From the NCBI RefSeq assembly GCF_003018255.1, contig NZ_CP027440.1: DNA of 64,000 bases; one strand, 5' to 3'. Below the pieces are notes generated by a model. That model was not told the origin of the DNA and searched no databases. It saw only the letters and a list, made by a program, of their open reading frames with translations. Positions 1 to 11,790 of the stretch are shown piece after piece; the first letter of the stretch is position 1, and every line of letters starts with the position of its first letter. The position numbers and the translations under genes are program-made. This stretch comes from Escherichia coli. Its GTDB lineage: Bacteria > Pseudomonadota > Gammaproteobacteria > Enterobacterales > Enterobacteriaceae.

Positions 1-328
1 GCGCCCAGTGCGCCTCCAGTGGTTTGCCTTGCTCCTGAGCTTCCTTCTCAACCACCTGACGGCAGATAACCAGATCGCCCAGTAGCGACATTTCCATGCC
101 AGGCGGTACTTCAAACGGGAAGGAGAGCACGTTGGTCGGCTTATCCTTACCGCGATAGGTCAGATTCAGACTGTGGCTTTCGGCGGTATCGACCACGCGA
201 ATAGTCACTTCCGATTCTTCCTGAAACTGCGGGATCACCGCATTCAGCCATGTCTGAAACTGGCTCTCTTCCGGTAACCCGGAATTATCTTCACATGCCA
301 GTTGTAAATCGAGGATCACCTGACTCAT
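1..328 (-). CDS. ybeY: Endoribonuclease YbeY, N-terminal 109 codons (gene runs off the window start)
   Basis: Minus-strand ATG at 328..326; reverse-complement translation reads [27 protein letters not shown]..., matching YbeY. Start overlaps the ybeZ stop (ATGA). Confidence 0.85.
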
Positions 329-1365
329 TTTTGTTCCTGTTCTTCGCGCTTGCGTTCTGCTGCCAGCGCCGCTTTACGTTTTTGTTCGGCTTCTTCCCAG
401 GCTTCATAGGCGTTAACGATACGCGCCACCACCGGGTGACGAACCACGTCTTCGCTGTGGAAGAAGTTAAAGCTGATCTCTTCGACATCAGCCAGTACTT
501 CGATGGCATGACGCAAACCAGACTTGGTATTACGCGGCAGGTCGATCTGTGTGACGTCGCCGGTGATAACCGCTTTTGAGTTAAAACCGATACGGGTCAG
601 GAACATCTTCATCTGTTCGATGGTGGTGTTCTGGCTCTCATCAAGAATGATAAACGCGTCGTTCAGCGTACGACCACGCATATAGGCCAGCGGTGCGACT
701 TCAATAACGTTGCGCTCAATCAGTTTCTCGACTTTCTCAAAGCCCAGCATTTCAAACAGCGCGTCGTACAGCGGGCGCAGATACGGGTCTACTTTCTGGC
801 TTAAATCGCCAGGCAGGAAGCCCAGTTTCTCACCGGCTTCTACTGCCGGACGAGTCAGCAGAATACGGCGAATTTCCTGACGCTCCAGGGCATCAACTGC
901 CGCAGCCACTGCCAGGTAGGTTTTACCCGTACCCGCCGGGCCAACGCCGAAGGTAATGTCATGGTCGAGAATATTGGCGATGTACTGCGCCTGGTTTGGC
1001 GTGCGCGGCTTAATTACGCCGCGTTTGGTTTTGATATTGACCGCTTTGCCGTACTCCGGCACGCTCTCCGCGCTTTGCTCCAGTACCCGCGCTTCTTTAA
1101 TCGCAAGGTGGATCTGTTCCGGTTCGATATCCTGAATCTGACCGCGCATCGGGGCAGTATCGACATACAGGCTACGCAGAATGTCTGCCGCAGCGGTGAC
1201 GCAAATCGGACGGCCGGTCAGTTTAAAGTGGTTATCGCGGCGATTGATTTCGATGCCGAGACGGCGTTCGAGTTGTTTGATGTTGTCATCAAACGGGCCG
1301 CACAGGCTCAACAGACGCGCATTGTCTGCTGGCTCCAGGGTGATTTCGCGAGTGTCTATGTTCAA
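325..1365 (-). CDS. ybeZ: PhoH-like ATPase YbeZ
   Basis: Track ORF 325..1404; Walker A motif GPAGTGKT. Start placed at TTG 1365 ([11 protein letters not shown]...) preceded by AGAGGA; the longer ORF start at 1404 is the alternative. Confidence 0.85.
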
Positions 1366-1517
1366 ACCGTTCCTCTTATCTGTATGCCGCCGGAAGCTGA
1401 ACATTCACCGGCCTATAAGGAAATTATTCACGCCACAGGAAAAAGGCGCAAGCATTGCGATAAAGATGGGGATAAAGAGAGAAAAAACAAGGCCCACCGG
1501 AACGGCGGGCCTGAGAA

Positions 1518-2942
1518 TTACGGCTGATAATAACCCACGCCAAGGTCGTTTTCTTTGCGGGTACGGGCAATCACCGATTCCGGTGTTTCTGCCACGCGCA
1601 GACCCATTTCATCTTCAGTTCGCACCACTTTACCGCGCAGAGAGTTCGGGTAGACGTCGGTAATTTCTACATCGACGAATTTACCGATCATATCCGGCGT
1701 ACCTTCGAAGTTGACGACGCGGTTATTTTCAGTACGGCCGGAAAGCTCCATGATGCTCTTACGCGATGTACCTTCTACCAGAATACGCTGGGTGGTACCG
1801 AGCATCCGGCGGCTCCATGCCATTGCTTGCTGATTGATACGTTCTTGTAGAATATACAGGCGCTGCTTCTTCTCTTCTTCCGGAACATCATCAACCATAT
1901 CGGCGGCTGGTGTACCTGGACGAGCGGAGAAGATAAAGCTGTAGCTCATGTCGAAATTGACGTCGGCAATCAGCTTCATCGTTTTCTCGAAGTCTTCGGT
2001 GGTTTCGCCAGGGAAGCCAACGATGAAGTCAGAACTGATCTGAATATCCGGACGCGCCGCACGCAGCTTACGGATGATCGCTTTGTACTCCAGCGCTGTA
2101 TGGGTACGTCCCATCAGGTTCAGAATGCGATCGGAACCGCTCTGTACCGGCAGATGCAGGAAGCTCACCAGCTCCGGCGTGTCGCGGTACACTTCGATGA
2201 TATCGTCGGTGAATTCGATCGGATGGCTGGTGGTAAAGCGAATACGATCGATCCCGTCGATCGCCGCAACCAGACGCAGCAGATCGGCAAACGATCCGGT
2301 GGTGCCGTCGTAGTTCTCACCGCGCCAGGCGTTCACGTTCTGGCCGAGCAGGTTAACTTCACGCACGCCCTGAGCAGCAAGCTGGGCAATCTCAAACAGA
2401 ATATCGTCGGACGGACGGCTTACCTCTTCACCACGGGTGTAAGGCACTACGCAGTAGGTGCAATATTTATTGCAGCCTTCCATGATGGAGACAAACGCGG
2501 TCGGCCCTTCGGCGCGCGGTTCCGGCAGACGGTCAAACTTCTCGATTTCCGGGAAGCTGATATCTACAACCGGGCTGCGGTCGCCGCGCACGGAGTTGAT
2601 CATCTCCGGCAGACGGTGCAGCGTTTGCGGCCCAAAAATAATATCGACATAGTGGGCGCGCTGGCGAATGTGCTCGCCTTCTTGCGATGCCACGCAGCCG
2701 CCGACGCCGATAATCAGGTCTGGATTCTTCTCTTTTAACAGTTTCCAGCGACCCAACTGATGGAAGACTTTTTCCTGAGCCTTCTCGCGGATTGAGCAGG
2801 TGTTCAGCAGCAGCACATCCGCTTCTTCCGCCACGTCGGTCAGTTGATAGCCGTGGGTGGCATCCAGCAGATCGGCCATCTTCGATGAATCGTACTCGTT
2901 CATCTGACAGCCCCAGGTTTTAATATGGAGTTTTTTGGTCAT
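1518..2942 (-). CDS. miaB: tRNA-i6A37 methylthiotransferase MiaB
   Basis: 474-aa ORF beginning [19 protein letters not shown], radical-SAM family, ATG confirmed at 2942. Confidence 0.95.
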
Positions 2943-3087
2943 CGACTTGCTCTTGCGAAATAGTAGCCAGGAATGCAGGGCGCATAGTGTAATGCTTTGC
3001 TGCCGTTGTGACCAGTATGAGCGTTATCAGCCCTTGGGGGTAAAAATCCTGTAAACTTAAAGCATATTGCTAACAGGATGATTGACC

Positions 3088-4263
3088 ATGACAAATCAAC
3101 CAACGGAAATTGCCATTGTCGGCGGAGGAATGGTCGGCGGCGCACTGGCGCTGGGACTGGCTCAGCACGGATTTTCGGTAATGGTTATCGAACATGCCCA
3201 ACCTGCACCGTTTGTCGCTGACAGCCAGCCGGACGTGCGGATCTCGGCGATTAGTGCGGCTTCGGTATCATTGCTTAAAGGGTTAGGGGTCTGGGATGCA
3301 GTACAGGCTATGCGTTGCCATCCTTACCGCAGACTGGAAACGTGGGAGTGGGAAACGGCGCATGTGGTGTTTGACGCCGCTGAACTTAAGCTACCGTTGC
3401 TTGGCTACATGGTGGAAAACACTGTCCTGCAACAGGCGTTGTGGCAGGCGCTGGAAGCGCATCCGAAAGTAACGTTACGTGTGCCAACCTCGCTGATTGC
3501 ACTGCATCGCCATAATGATCTTCAGGAGCTGGAACTGAAGGGCGGTGAAACGATCCTCGCGAAGCTGGTGATTGGTGCCGACGGCGCAAATTCGCAGGTG
3601 CGACAGATGGCGGGAATTGGCGTTCATGCCTGGCAGTATGCGCAGTCGTGTATGTTGATTAGCGTACAGTGTGAGAACGATCCCGGCGACAGCACCTGGC
3701 AGCAATTTACCCCGGACGGACCGCGTGCGTTTCTGCCGTTGTTTGATAACTGGGCATCGCTGGTGTGGTATGACTCTCCGGCGCGCATTCGCCAGTTGCA
3801 GAATATGAATATGGCGCAGCTACAGGCGGAAATCGCGAAGCATTTCCCGTCGCGTCTGGGTTACGTGACACCGCTTGCCGCTGGTGCGTTTCCGCTGATA
3901 CGTCGCCATGCGTTGCAGTATGTGCAACCAGGGCTTGCTCTGGTGGGCGATGCCGCGCATACCATCCATCCGCTGGCGGGGCAGGGGGTGAATCTTGGTT
4001 ATCGTGATGTCGATGCCCTGATTGACGTTCTGGTGAACGCCCGCAGCTACGGCGAAGCGTGGGCCAGTTATCCTGTGCTCAAGCGTTACCAGATGCGGCG
4101 TATGGCGGATAACTTTATGATGCAAAGTGGTATGGATCTGTTTTATGCCGGATTCAGCAATAATCTGCCACCGCTGCGTTTTGTGCGTAATCTTGGTTTG
4201 ATGGCGGCGGAGCGTGCTGGCGTGTTGAAACGTAAGGCGCTGAAATATGCGTTAGGGTTGTAG
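3088..4263 (+). CDS. ubiF: FAD-dependent ubiquinone biosynthesis hydroxylase UbiF
   Basis: ORF with MTNQPTEIAIVGGGMVGG dinucleotide-binding N-terminus; ATG at 3088 (the track begins 2 codons earlier at TTG). Confidence 0.92.
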   Translation: MTNQPTEIAIVGGGMVGGALALGLAQHGFSVMVIEHAQPAPFVADSQPDVRISAISAASVSLLKGLGVWDAVQAMRCHPYRRLETWEWETAHVVFDAAELKLPLLGYMVENTVLQQALWQALEAHPKVTLRVPTSLIALHRHNDLQELELKGGETILAKLVIGADGANSQVRQMAGIGVHAWQYAQSCMLISVQCENDPGDSTWQQFTPDGPRAFLPLFDNWASLVWYDSPARIRQLQNMNMAQLQAEIAKHFPSRLGYVTPLAAGAFPLIRRHALQYVQPGLALVGDAAHTIHPLAGQGVNLGYRDVDALIDVLVNARSYGEAWASYPVLKRYQMRRMADNFMMQSGMDLFYAGFSNNLPPLRFVRNLGLMAAERAGVLKRKALKYALGL

Positions 4264-4293
4264 CCTCACAACATTGCTGGATGCATGCCAACC

Positions 4294-4365
4294 GTAGGTC
4301 GGATAAGACGCGGCAGCGTCGCATCCGACTTTGAAGGATAAGACGAGTCAACATCGCATTCGGCA
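4294..4365. repeat. REP-like palindromic unit(s) downstream of ubiF
   Basis: gtaggtcggataagacgcggcagcgtcgcatccgac resembles the REP consensus, followed by a partial second unit. Confidence 0.5.
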
Positions 4366-4385
4366 TTGAATATACGCAGAAAAGC

Positions 4386-4412
4386 AAAAAGCTCGCCGAG
4401 GCGAGCTTTTTT
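4386..4412. terminator. Bidirectional rho-independent terminator (ubiF on +, tRNA operon on -)
   Basis: A-run, GCTCGCC-ga-GGCGAGC hairpin, then T-run; it reads as a terminator on both strands. Confidence 0.65.
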
Positions 4413-4416
4413 AATG

Positions 4417-4491
4417 TGGCTGGGGTACGAGGATTCGAACCTCGGAATGCCGGAATCAGAATCCGGTGCCTTACCGCTTGGCGATACCCCA
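4417..4491 (-). tRNA. glnX: tRNA-Gln (anticodon CUG)
   Basis: 75-nt reverse complement matches the E. coli tRNA-Gln sequence ending CCA; anticodon loop UUCUGAU; ends verified against overlapping ORF codons. Confidence 0.95.
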
Positions 4492-4528
4492 ACTGGGTGC
4501 ACTTACAAGGTAAGCGTCTTGAATAAAT

Positions 4529-4603
4529 TGGCTGGGGTACGAGGATTCGAACCTCGGAATGCCGGAATCAGAATCCGGTGCCTTACCGCTTGGCGATACC
4601 CCA
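4529..4603 (-). tRNA. glnV: tRNA-Gln (anticodon CUG)
   Basis: Identical 75-nt copy of the CUG isoacceptor. Confidence 0.95.
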
Positions 4604-4651
4604 ACAAATTGGTTTTTGAATTTGCCGAACATATTCGACACATTCAGAATT

Positions 4652-4728
4652 TGGTGGCTACGACGGGATTCGAACCTGTGACCCCATCATTATGAGTGAT
4701 GTGCTCTAACCAACTGAGCTACGTAGCC
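4652..4728 (-). tRNA. metU: Elongator tRNA-Met (CAU)
   Basis: 77-nt reverse complement GGCTACGTAGCTCAGTTGGTTAGAGCACATCACTCATAATGATGGGGTCACAGGTTCGAATCCCGTCGTAGCCACCA. Confidence 0.95.
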
Positions 4729-4743
4729 AGATTGTTTCTTCGA

Positions 4744-4818
4744 TGGCTGGGGTACCTGGATTCGAACCAGGGAATGCCGGTATCAAAAACCGGTGCCTTA
4801 CCGCTTGGCGATACCCCA
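4744..4818 (-). tRNA. glnW: tRNA-Gln (anticodon UUG)
   Basis: 75-nt tRNA-Gln with anticodon loop UUUUGAU. Confidence 0.95.
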
Positions 4819-4852
4819 ATAACCGGGCGGTGAACCGCTTATTCGAAGAATA

Positions 4853-4927
4853 TGGCTGGGGTACCTGGATTCGAACCAGGGAATGCCGGTATCAAAAACC
4901 GGTGCCTTACCGCTTGGCGATACCCCA
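4853..4927 (-). tRNA. glnU: tRNA-Gln (anticodon UUG)
   Basis: Second copy of the UUG isoacceptor. Confidence 0.95.
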
Positions 4928-4950
4928 TCCGTACAACGCTTTCTGGTGAA

Positions 4951-5035
4951 TGGTGCGGGAGGCGAGACTTGAACTCGCACACCTTGCGGCGCCAGAACCT
5001 AAATCTGGTGCGTCTACCAATTTCGCCACTCCCGC
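4951..5035 (-). tRNA. leuW: tRNA-Leu (anticodon UAG), long variable arm
   Basis: 85-nt reverse complement GCGGGAGTGGCGAAATTGGTAGACGCACCAGATTTAGGTTCTGG...CACCA. Confidence 0.93.
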
Positions 5036-5043
5036 AAAAAAGA

Positions 5044-5120
5044 TGGTGGCTACGACGGGATTCGAACCTGTGACCCCATCATTATGAGTGATGTGCTCTA
5101 ACCAACTGAGCTACGTAGCC
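5044..5120 (-). tRNA. metT: Elongator tRNA-Met (CAU)
   Basis: 77-nt copy of the metU sequence; first gene of the operon. Confidence 0.95.
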
Positions 5121-5160
5121 ATCTTTTTTTTCGCGATACCTTATCGGCGTTGCGGGGCGC

Positions 5161-5189
5161 ATTATGCGTATAGAGCCTTGCAGCGTCAA
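5161..5189 (-). promoter_or_regulatory. Candidate sigma70 promoter of the metT-leuW-glnUW-metU-glnVX tRNA operon
   Basis: Minus strand reads TTGACG-N17-CATAAT followed by a GC-rich discriminator (GCGCCCCGC), about 35 nt upstream of the mature metT 5' end. Confidence 0.45.
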
Positions 5190-5464
5190 CCTCTTTTTCA
5201 AGGAAAATTGCTCGAAAGTGACTGTTTGGTTAGGTTGCGAACAGCATGGCGCTATATTCGTCAATTATTGTTTACTTTGTGTTTTTTCCCCACCCTACAG
5301 CCATTCTTTTGTCATACAGGATGAAATTCGGAATTCAACAATAGTGGTGGGAAATTAATCTATGAAATACTGGCCTACAGTAATGAGTTGTCAAACAGCG
5401 ATGTGGCAAACCCGGAACATTTCCTTACTGCATATCAGAATCAACAAGCGCCCCAGTAACTGAA

Positions 5465-5490
5465 ATTGCCCCGGATTTCTCCGGGGCAAT
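5465..5490 (-). terminator. Putative terminator hairpin downstream of asnB
   Basis: ATTGCCCCGGA-tttc-TCCGGGGCAAT stem-loop just after the asnB stop; the trailing U-tract is weak. Confidence 0.35.
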
Positions 5491-5500
5491 ATTACACGTC

Positions 5501-7165
5501 TTATTTATATGCCGACTGGTGAACGCCAACCGCGCGACCAGACGGATCGTCCATTTTCTTGAACGCTTCATCCCACTCAATCGCTTTAGCGGAAGAACAA
5601 GCGACGGAAGGACCGCCCGGCACGCACTCAGCGGCGCTCGGAAGCGGGAACAATTCTTCAAAGATCTCCCGGTACAGATACGCTTCTTTTGAGGTCGGCG
5701 TGTTGTACGGGAAGCGGAAGCGGGCAGTTTCCAGCTGTTGATCAGACACCTGCTGCGCTGCCACTTCTTTCAGGGTGTCGATCCAACTGTAACCGACGCC
5801 ATCGGAGAACTGCTCTTTTTGCCGCCAGGCCACGCTTGCAGGCAGATACGCTTCAAAACATTCACGCAGGATGTGTTTTTCCATTTTGCCGTTACCGCAC
5901 ATTTTATCCTGTGGGTTAATGCGCATCGCCACATCAAGGAATTTTTTGTCGAGGAACGGAACGCGTGCTTCCACGCCCCAGGCTGACATCGCTTTGTTGG
6001 CACGCGCGCAGTCATACATATGCAGGGCCAGCAGTTTACGCACCGTCTCTTCATGCAACTCTTTAGCGTTCGGCGCTTTGTGGAAGTATAGATAACCGCC
6101 AAACACTTCGTCAGAACCTTCACCGGACAGCACCATTTTAATGCCCATCGCCTTGATCTTACGCGACATTAAATACATCGGTGTTGAAGCGCGAATAGTG
6201 GTCACATCATAAGTTTCGATGTGGTAAATCACGTCGCGGATGGCATCCAGACCTTCCTGTACAGTGAAGTGAATTTCGTGATGCACCGTGCCCAGATGGT
6301 TTGCCACTTCCTGGGCTGCTTTCAGATCCGGTGAGCCCGGCAGACCTACAGCAAAGGAGTGCAACTGCGGCCACCAGGCTTCAGAGCGTTCCTGATCTTC
6401 CACGCGACGGGCGGCGTATTTCTTGGTGATAGCGGAAATAATTGAGGAATCCAGACCACCAGAAAGCAGCACACCGTAAGGCACATCAGACATCAGATGG
6501 CTTTTAACGGAATCTTCCAGTGCCTGACGCAGCTCGTTTTTGTCGGTCACGTTATCTTTCACCGCATCGTAGTCGAACCAGTCGCGATGATAATAAGAAC
6601 GGATTTCGCCGTCCTGACTCCACAAATAGCTCCCCGCCGGAAACTCTTTAATCGTGCGGCAAACTGGCACGAGGGCTTTCATTTCTGAGGCCACATACAG
6701 CTGACCGTGTTCGTCATAGCCCATATACAGTGGGATGATCCCCAGATGGTCGCGACCAATCAGATATGCATCTTTTTCGCTGTCGTACAGGGCAAAGGCA
6801 AACATGCCCTGCAAGTCGTCGAGAAATTCCGGCCCTTTTTCCTGATACAGCGCGAGGATCACTTCACAGTCAGACCCGGTCTGGAACTGGTAACGATCGC
6901 CATATTCAGCGCGCAATGCCTGGTGGTTGTAGATTTCACCGTTTACTGCCAGCACATGAGTTTTTTGTTGGTTGTAGAGAGGTTGCGCCCCCGCGTTAAC
7001 GTCAACAATTGACAGACGTTCGTGGGCGAGGATGGCGTTATCGCTGGCATAAATACCGGACCAGTCCGGGCCACGATGACGCATCAGGCGTGACAGCTCG
7101 AGTGCTTTCTTACGCAGCTCAACTGCGTCTGTTTTGATATCGAATACGCCAAAAATTGAACACAT
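5501..7165 (-). CDS. asnB: Asparagine synthetase B (glutamine-hydrolysing)
   Basis: 554-aa ORF, MCSIFGVFDIKTDAVELRKKALELSRLMRHRGPDWSGIY N-terminus (Ntn amidotransferase Cys2). Confidence 0.95.
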   Translation of the reverse strand: MCSIFGVFDIKTDAVELRKKALELSRLMRHRGPDWSGIYASDNAILAHERLSIVDVNAGAQPLYNQQKTHVLAVNGEIYNHQALRAEYGDRYQFQTGSDCEVILALYQEKGPEFLDDLQGMFAFALYDSEKDAYLIGRDHLGIIPLYMGYDEHGQLYVASEMKALVPVCRTIKEFPAGSYLWSQDGEIRSYYHRDWFDYDAVKDNVTDKNELRQALEDSVKSHLMSDVPYGVLLSGGLDSSIISAITKKYAARRVEDQERSEAWWPQLHSFAVGLPGSPDLKAAQEVANHLGTVHHEIHFTVQEGLDAIRDVIYHIETYDVTTIRASTPMYLMSRKIKAMGIKMVLSGEGSDEVFGGYLYFHKAPNAKELHEETVRKLLALHMYDCARANKAMSAWGVEARVPFLDKKFLDVAMRINPQDKMCGNGKMEKHILRECFEAYLPASVAWRQKEQFSDGVGYSWIDTLKEVAAQQVSDQQLETARFRFPYNTPTSKEAYLYREIFEELFPLPSAAECVPGGPSVACSSAKAIEWDEAFKKMDDPSGRAVGVHQSAYK

Positions 7166-7420
7166 AACCTTCTCCGTTAACCTGGTGTTTACTGCGTGTT
7201 GTGTTTACTTGTTAAAAAAATGCCGCAAAGCAGCACGGTGCGCAAGCGATTTGGCAGTGGAAAAATAAAAAACGTAATGGCGATTGCTGATTGATGAAAA
7301 AGGGGAGGGCTTTTGGGTATATTTATTGATGGATCGATAATTTTTGACGGGTTTTATTGAATGGGGTGATTTTAATGATGGGTAAAAATAAGAAACCACG
7401 CCCTGAGGCGTGGTTGCTAT

Positions 7421-8173
7421 TCAGATAACGTCGATTTCAGCGACCGATGGGTAAATCCAACTTGGGCGGAACGGCATACTGTCGATATCGTCGAGTGACG
7501 AAACACCAGAAAGCACCAGAATCGTCTCCAGACCGGCCTGGAAGCCCGCCAGAATATCGGTACGCAAGTTATCGCCGACAATCACCGTTTCTTCCGAATG
7601 CGCCTGCATTTTGTTTAATGCCGCGCGGATGATCCACGGACTCGGCTTTCCAACATAGAACGGTTTGCGCCCGGAGATTTTCTCGATCCCTGCACACAAC
7701 GCGCCACAGGCGGGATAAAAACCGCGCCCGTGGGTGTCCGGGTTGGTGGCGATAAAGCGTGCGCCGTTAGCGACGAAATAGGCTGCTTTATGCATCATGT
7801 CCCAGTTGTAGGAACGCGTTTCGCCAACAATCACAAAATCAGGGTTCACATCGGTAATAGTGAAACCGGCTTTGTACAGTTCATGAATCAGTGCGCCTTC
7901 GCCCACCACATACGCTTTCTTGCCTTCCTGGCGACGCAGGAAATCGGCGGTCGCCATCGCGGAGGTATAAAACACGCTATCCGGTACATCGACACCGGCA
8001 GTGGCAAAGCGATTCGCCAGATCTTGCCCGGTCTGCGAAGGATAGTTGGTCAGCAACACCAGCGGCAGGCCTTTATCCATAATCCCGTGCAAAAATTCCG
8101 CTGCACCCGGTACGGCGACGTTATCGTGCATCAGCACGCCGTCGATATCGCAAATTACATTTTTAATGGTCAT
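7421..8173 (-). CDS. umpH: UMP phosphatase (HAD family, NagD)
   Basis: 250-aa ORF MTIKNVICDIDGVLMHDN... with the HAD DxDGV motif. Confidence 0.93.
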   Translation of the reverse strand: MTIKNVICDIDGVLMHDNVAVPGAAEFLHGIMDKGLPLVLLTNYPSQTGQDLANRFATAGVDVPDSVFYTSAMATADFLRRQEGKKAYVVGEGALIHELYKAGFTITDVNPDFVIVGETRSYNWDMMHKAAYFVANGARFIATNPDTHGRGFYPACGALCAGIEKISGRKPFYVGKPSPWIIRAALNKMQAHSEETVIVGDNLRTDILAGFQAGLETILVLSGVSSLDDIDSMPFRPSWIYPSVAEIDVI

Positions 8174-8220
8174 GGACTACCCAGAATATTGACAACAATA
8201 AGCGCCACTATAAAAGCACA

Positions 8221-9441
8221 TTAATTTTCCAGCAAATGCTGGAGCAAAATACCGTTGAGCATGGCGCGTTTTACCAGCGCAAAAGCGCCGATTGCTGAGC
8301 GGTGATCCAACTCAGAACGTACCACCGGTAGATTAGTACGAAACGCCTTCAGCGCCTGGGTATTAATGCAGCTTTCAATAGCAGGGAGCAGCACTTTATC
8401 GGCTTCGGTGATTTCTCCAGCAATAACAATTTTTTGCGGATTAAATAAGTTGATAGCAATGGCGATGGTTTTACCCAGATGACGACCGACATATTCAATC
8501 ACTTCCGAGGCCAGGCTATCGCCTTTGTTCGCGGCTTTGCAGATAGTTTTGATGGTGCAGTCGTCCAGTGGCACACGGCTCTGGTAGCCCTGCTTTAACA
8601 GATTCAACACCCGTTGTTCAATGGCAGCATTGGCGGCGATAGTTTCCAGGCAGCCAAAGTTGCCGCAGTGGCAGCGTTCACCCAGCGGTTCGACCTGAAT
8701 ATGGCCAATTTCACCGACGTTGCCGTTGCGCCCGATAAAAATTCGCCCGTTAGAGATAATCCCGGCCCCGGTTCCGCGATGGACACGCACCAGAATGGAG
8801 TCTTCGCAATCCTGACTTGCACCGAAGTAGTGCTCTGCCAGCGCCAGACTGCGGATATCGTGGCCGACAAAACAGGTCACTTTAAAACGCTCTTCCAGTG
8901 CTTCAACCAGCCCCCAGTTTTCTACCTGAATATGCGGCATGTAATGAATTTTGCCGCTGTCCGGGTCTACAAGCCCTGGCAGGATCACCGAAATCGCGAT
9001 CAGCTCGCGTAGCTTGCGCTGGTAGCTATCAATAAACTGAGCAATGGCATTCAGCAGGGCATGTTCCAGCGTCTGCTGGGTACGTTCCGGCAGCGGGTAA
9101 TGTTCTTCTGCCAGCACTTTGCTGCTGAGATCAAACAAGGTGATGGTGGCGTCGTGACGACCAAGCCGTACGCCGATTGCGTGGAAATTGCGGGTTTCGG
9201 TGACGATGGAGATAGCGCGGCGGCCCCCGGTGGAGGCCTGCTGATCAACTTCTTTGATCAGCCCGCGTTCGATAAGCTGACGCGTAATTTTGGTTACGCT
9301 GGCGGGGGCAAGCTGACTTTGCTCGGCAATCTGAATCCGCGAGATTGGCCCGTACTGGTCAATCAGGCGATAAACCGCCGCGCTGTTAAGCTGTTTTACG
9401 AGATCAACATTACCTATCTGAGCTTGTCCGCCTGGTGTCAT
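8221..9441 (-). CDS. nagC: N-acetylglucosamine repressor NagC (ROK family)
   Basis: 406-aa ORF MTPGGQAQIGNVDLVKQLNSAAVYRLIDQYGPISRIQIAEQS... Confidence 0.95.
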   Translation of the reverse strand: MTPGGQAQIGNVDLVKQLNSAAVYRLIDQYGPISRIQIAEQSQLAPASVTKITRQLIERGLIKEVDQQASTGGRRAISIVTETRNFHAIGVRLGRHDATITLFDLSSKVLAEEHYPLPERTQQTLEHALLNAIAQFIDSYQRKLRELIAISVILPGLVDPDSGKIHYMPHIQVENWGLVEALEERFKVTCFVGHDIRSLALAEHYFGASQDCEDSILVRVHRGTGAGIISNGRIFIGRNGNVGEIGHIQVEPLGERCHCGNFGCLETIAANAAIEQRVLNLLKQGYQSRVPLDDCTIKTICKAANKGDSLASEVIEYVGRHLGKTIAIAINLFNPQKIVIAGEITEADKVLLPAIESCINTQALKAFRTNLPVVRSELDHRSAIGAFALVKRAMLNGILLQHLLEN

Positions 9442-9449
9442 ACTTTCTC

Positions 9450-11458
<2,009 letters not shown>

Positions 11459-11614
11459 TATTCACCTCAATAAGTAAAATGTAAGCCGTTGGCGGATTAG
11501 GCATCTTTAAGCGTAACCTGGATTTGCGCAGACAGGCGTCAATCCGACCTGATTTTTTGAATGATAAAATAAGTTTTCTGGTTTAGCCAGTAAAAGGGAG
11601 TGATGATAACGATA

Positions 11615-11671
11615 TTTGGTGACAAAACTCACAAAAGACACGCGTTTAATTTGCGATACGAATTAAATTTT
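11615..11671. promoter_or_regulatory. nagE-nagBACD divergent control region: CRP-like site and NagC operator palindrome
   Basis: GGTGAcaaaacTCACA (about 11618..11633) fits TGTGA-N6-TCACA; TTTAATTTGCGATACGAATTAAATT (about 11645..11671) is a near-perfect palindrome of the kind NagC binds. Confidence 0.5.
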
Positions 11672-11790
11672 CACACACTCTGTAGCAGATGATCTAACAA
11701 TCTGATTACAGAACATCGGCAGTACAATTTGCAGCAAAATAAAAATACGGCTTTAAACGAGCCAAATAGGGTTCTCGTAGGGGGAATAAG

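Noticed and set aside
7205-7399. 64-aa minus-strand ORF in the asnB-umpH spacer
   Set aside because: Low-complexity AT-rich frame in a region that must hold the asnB promoter and the umpH terminator; no RBS; likely spurious.
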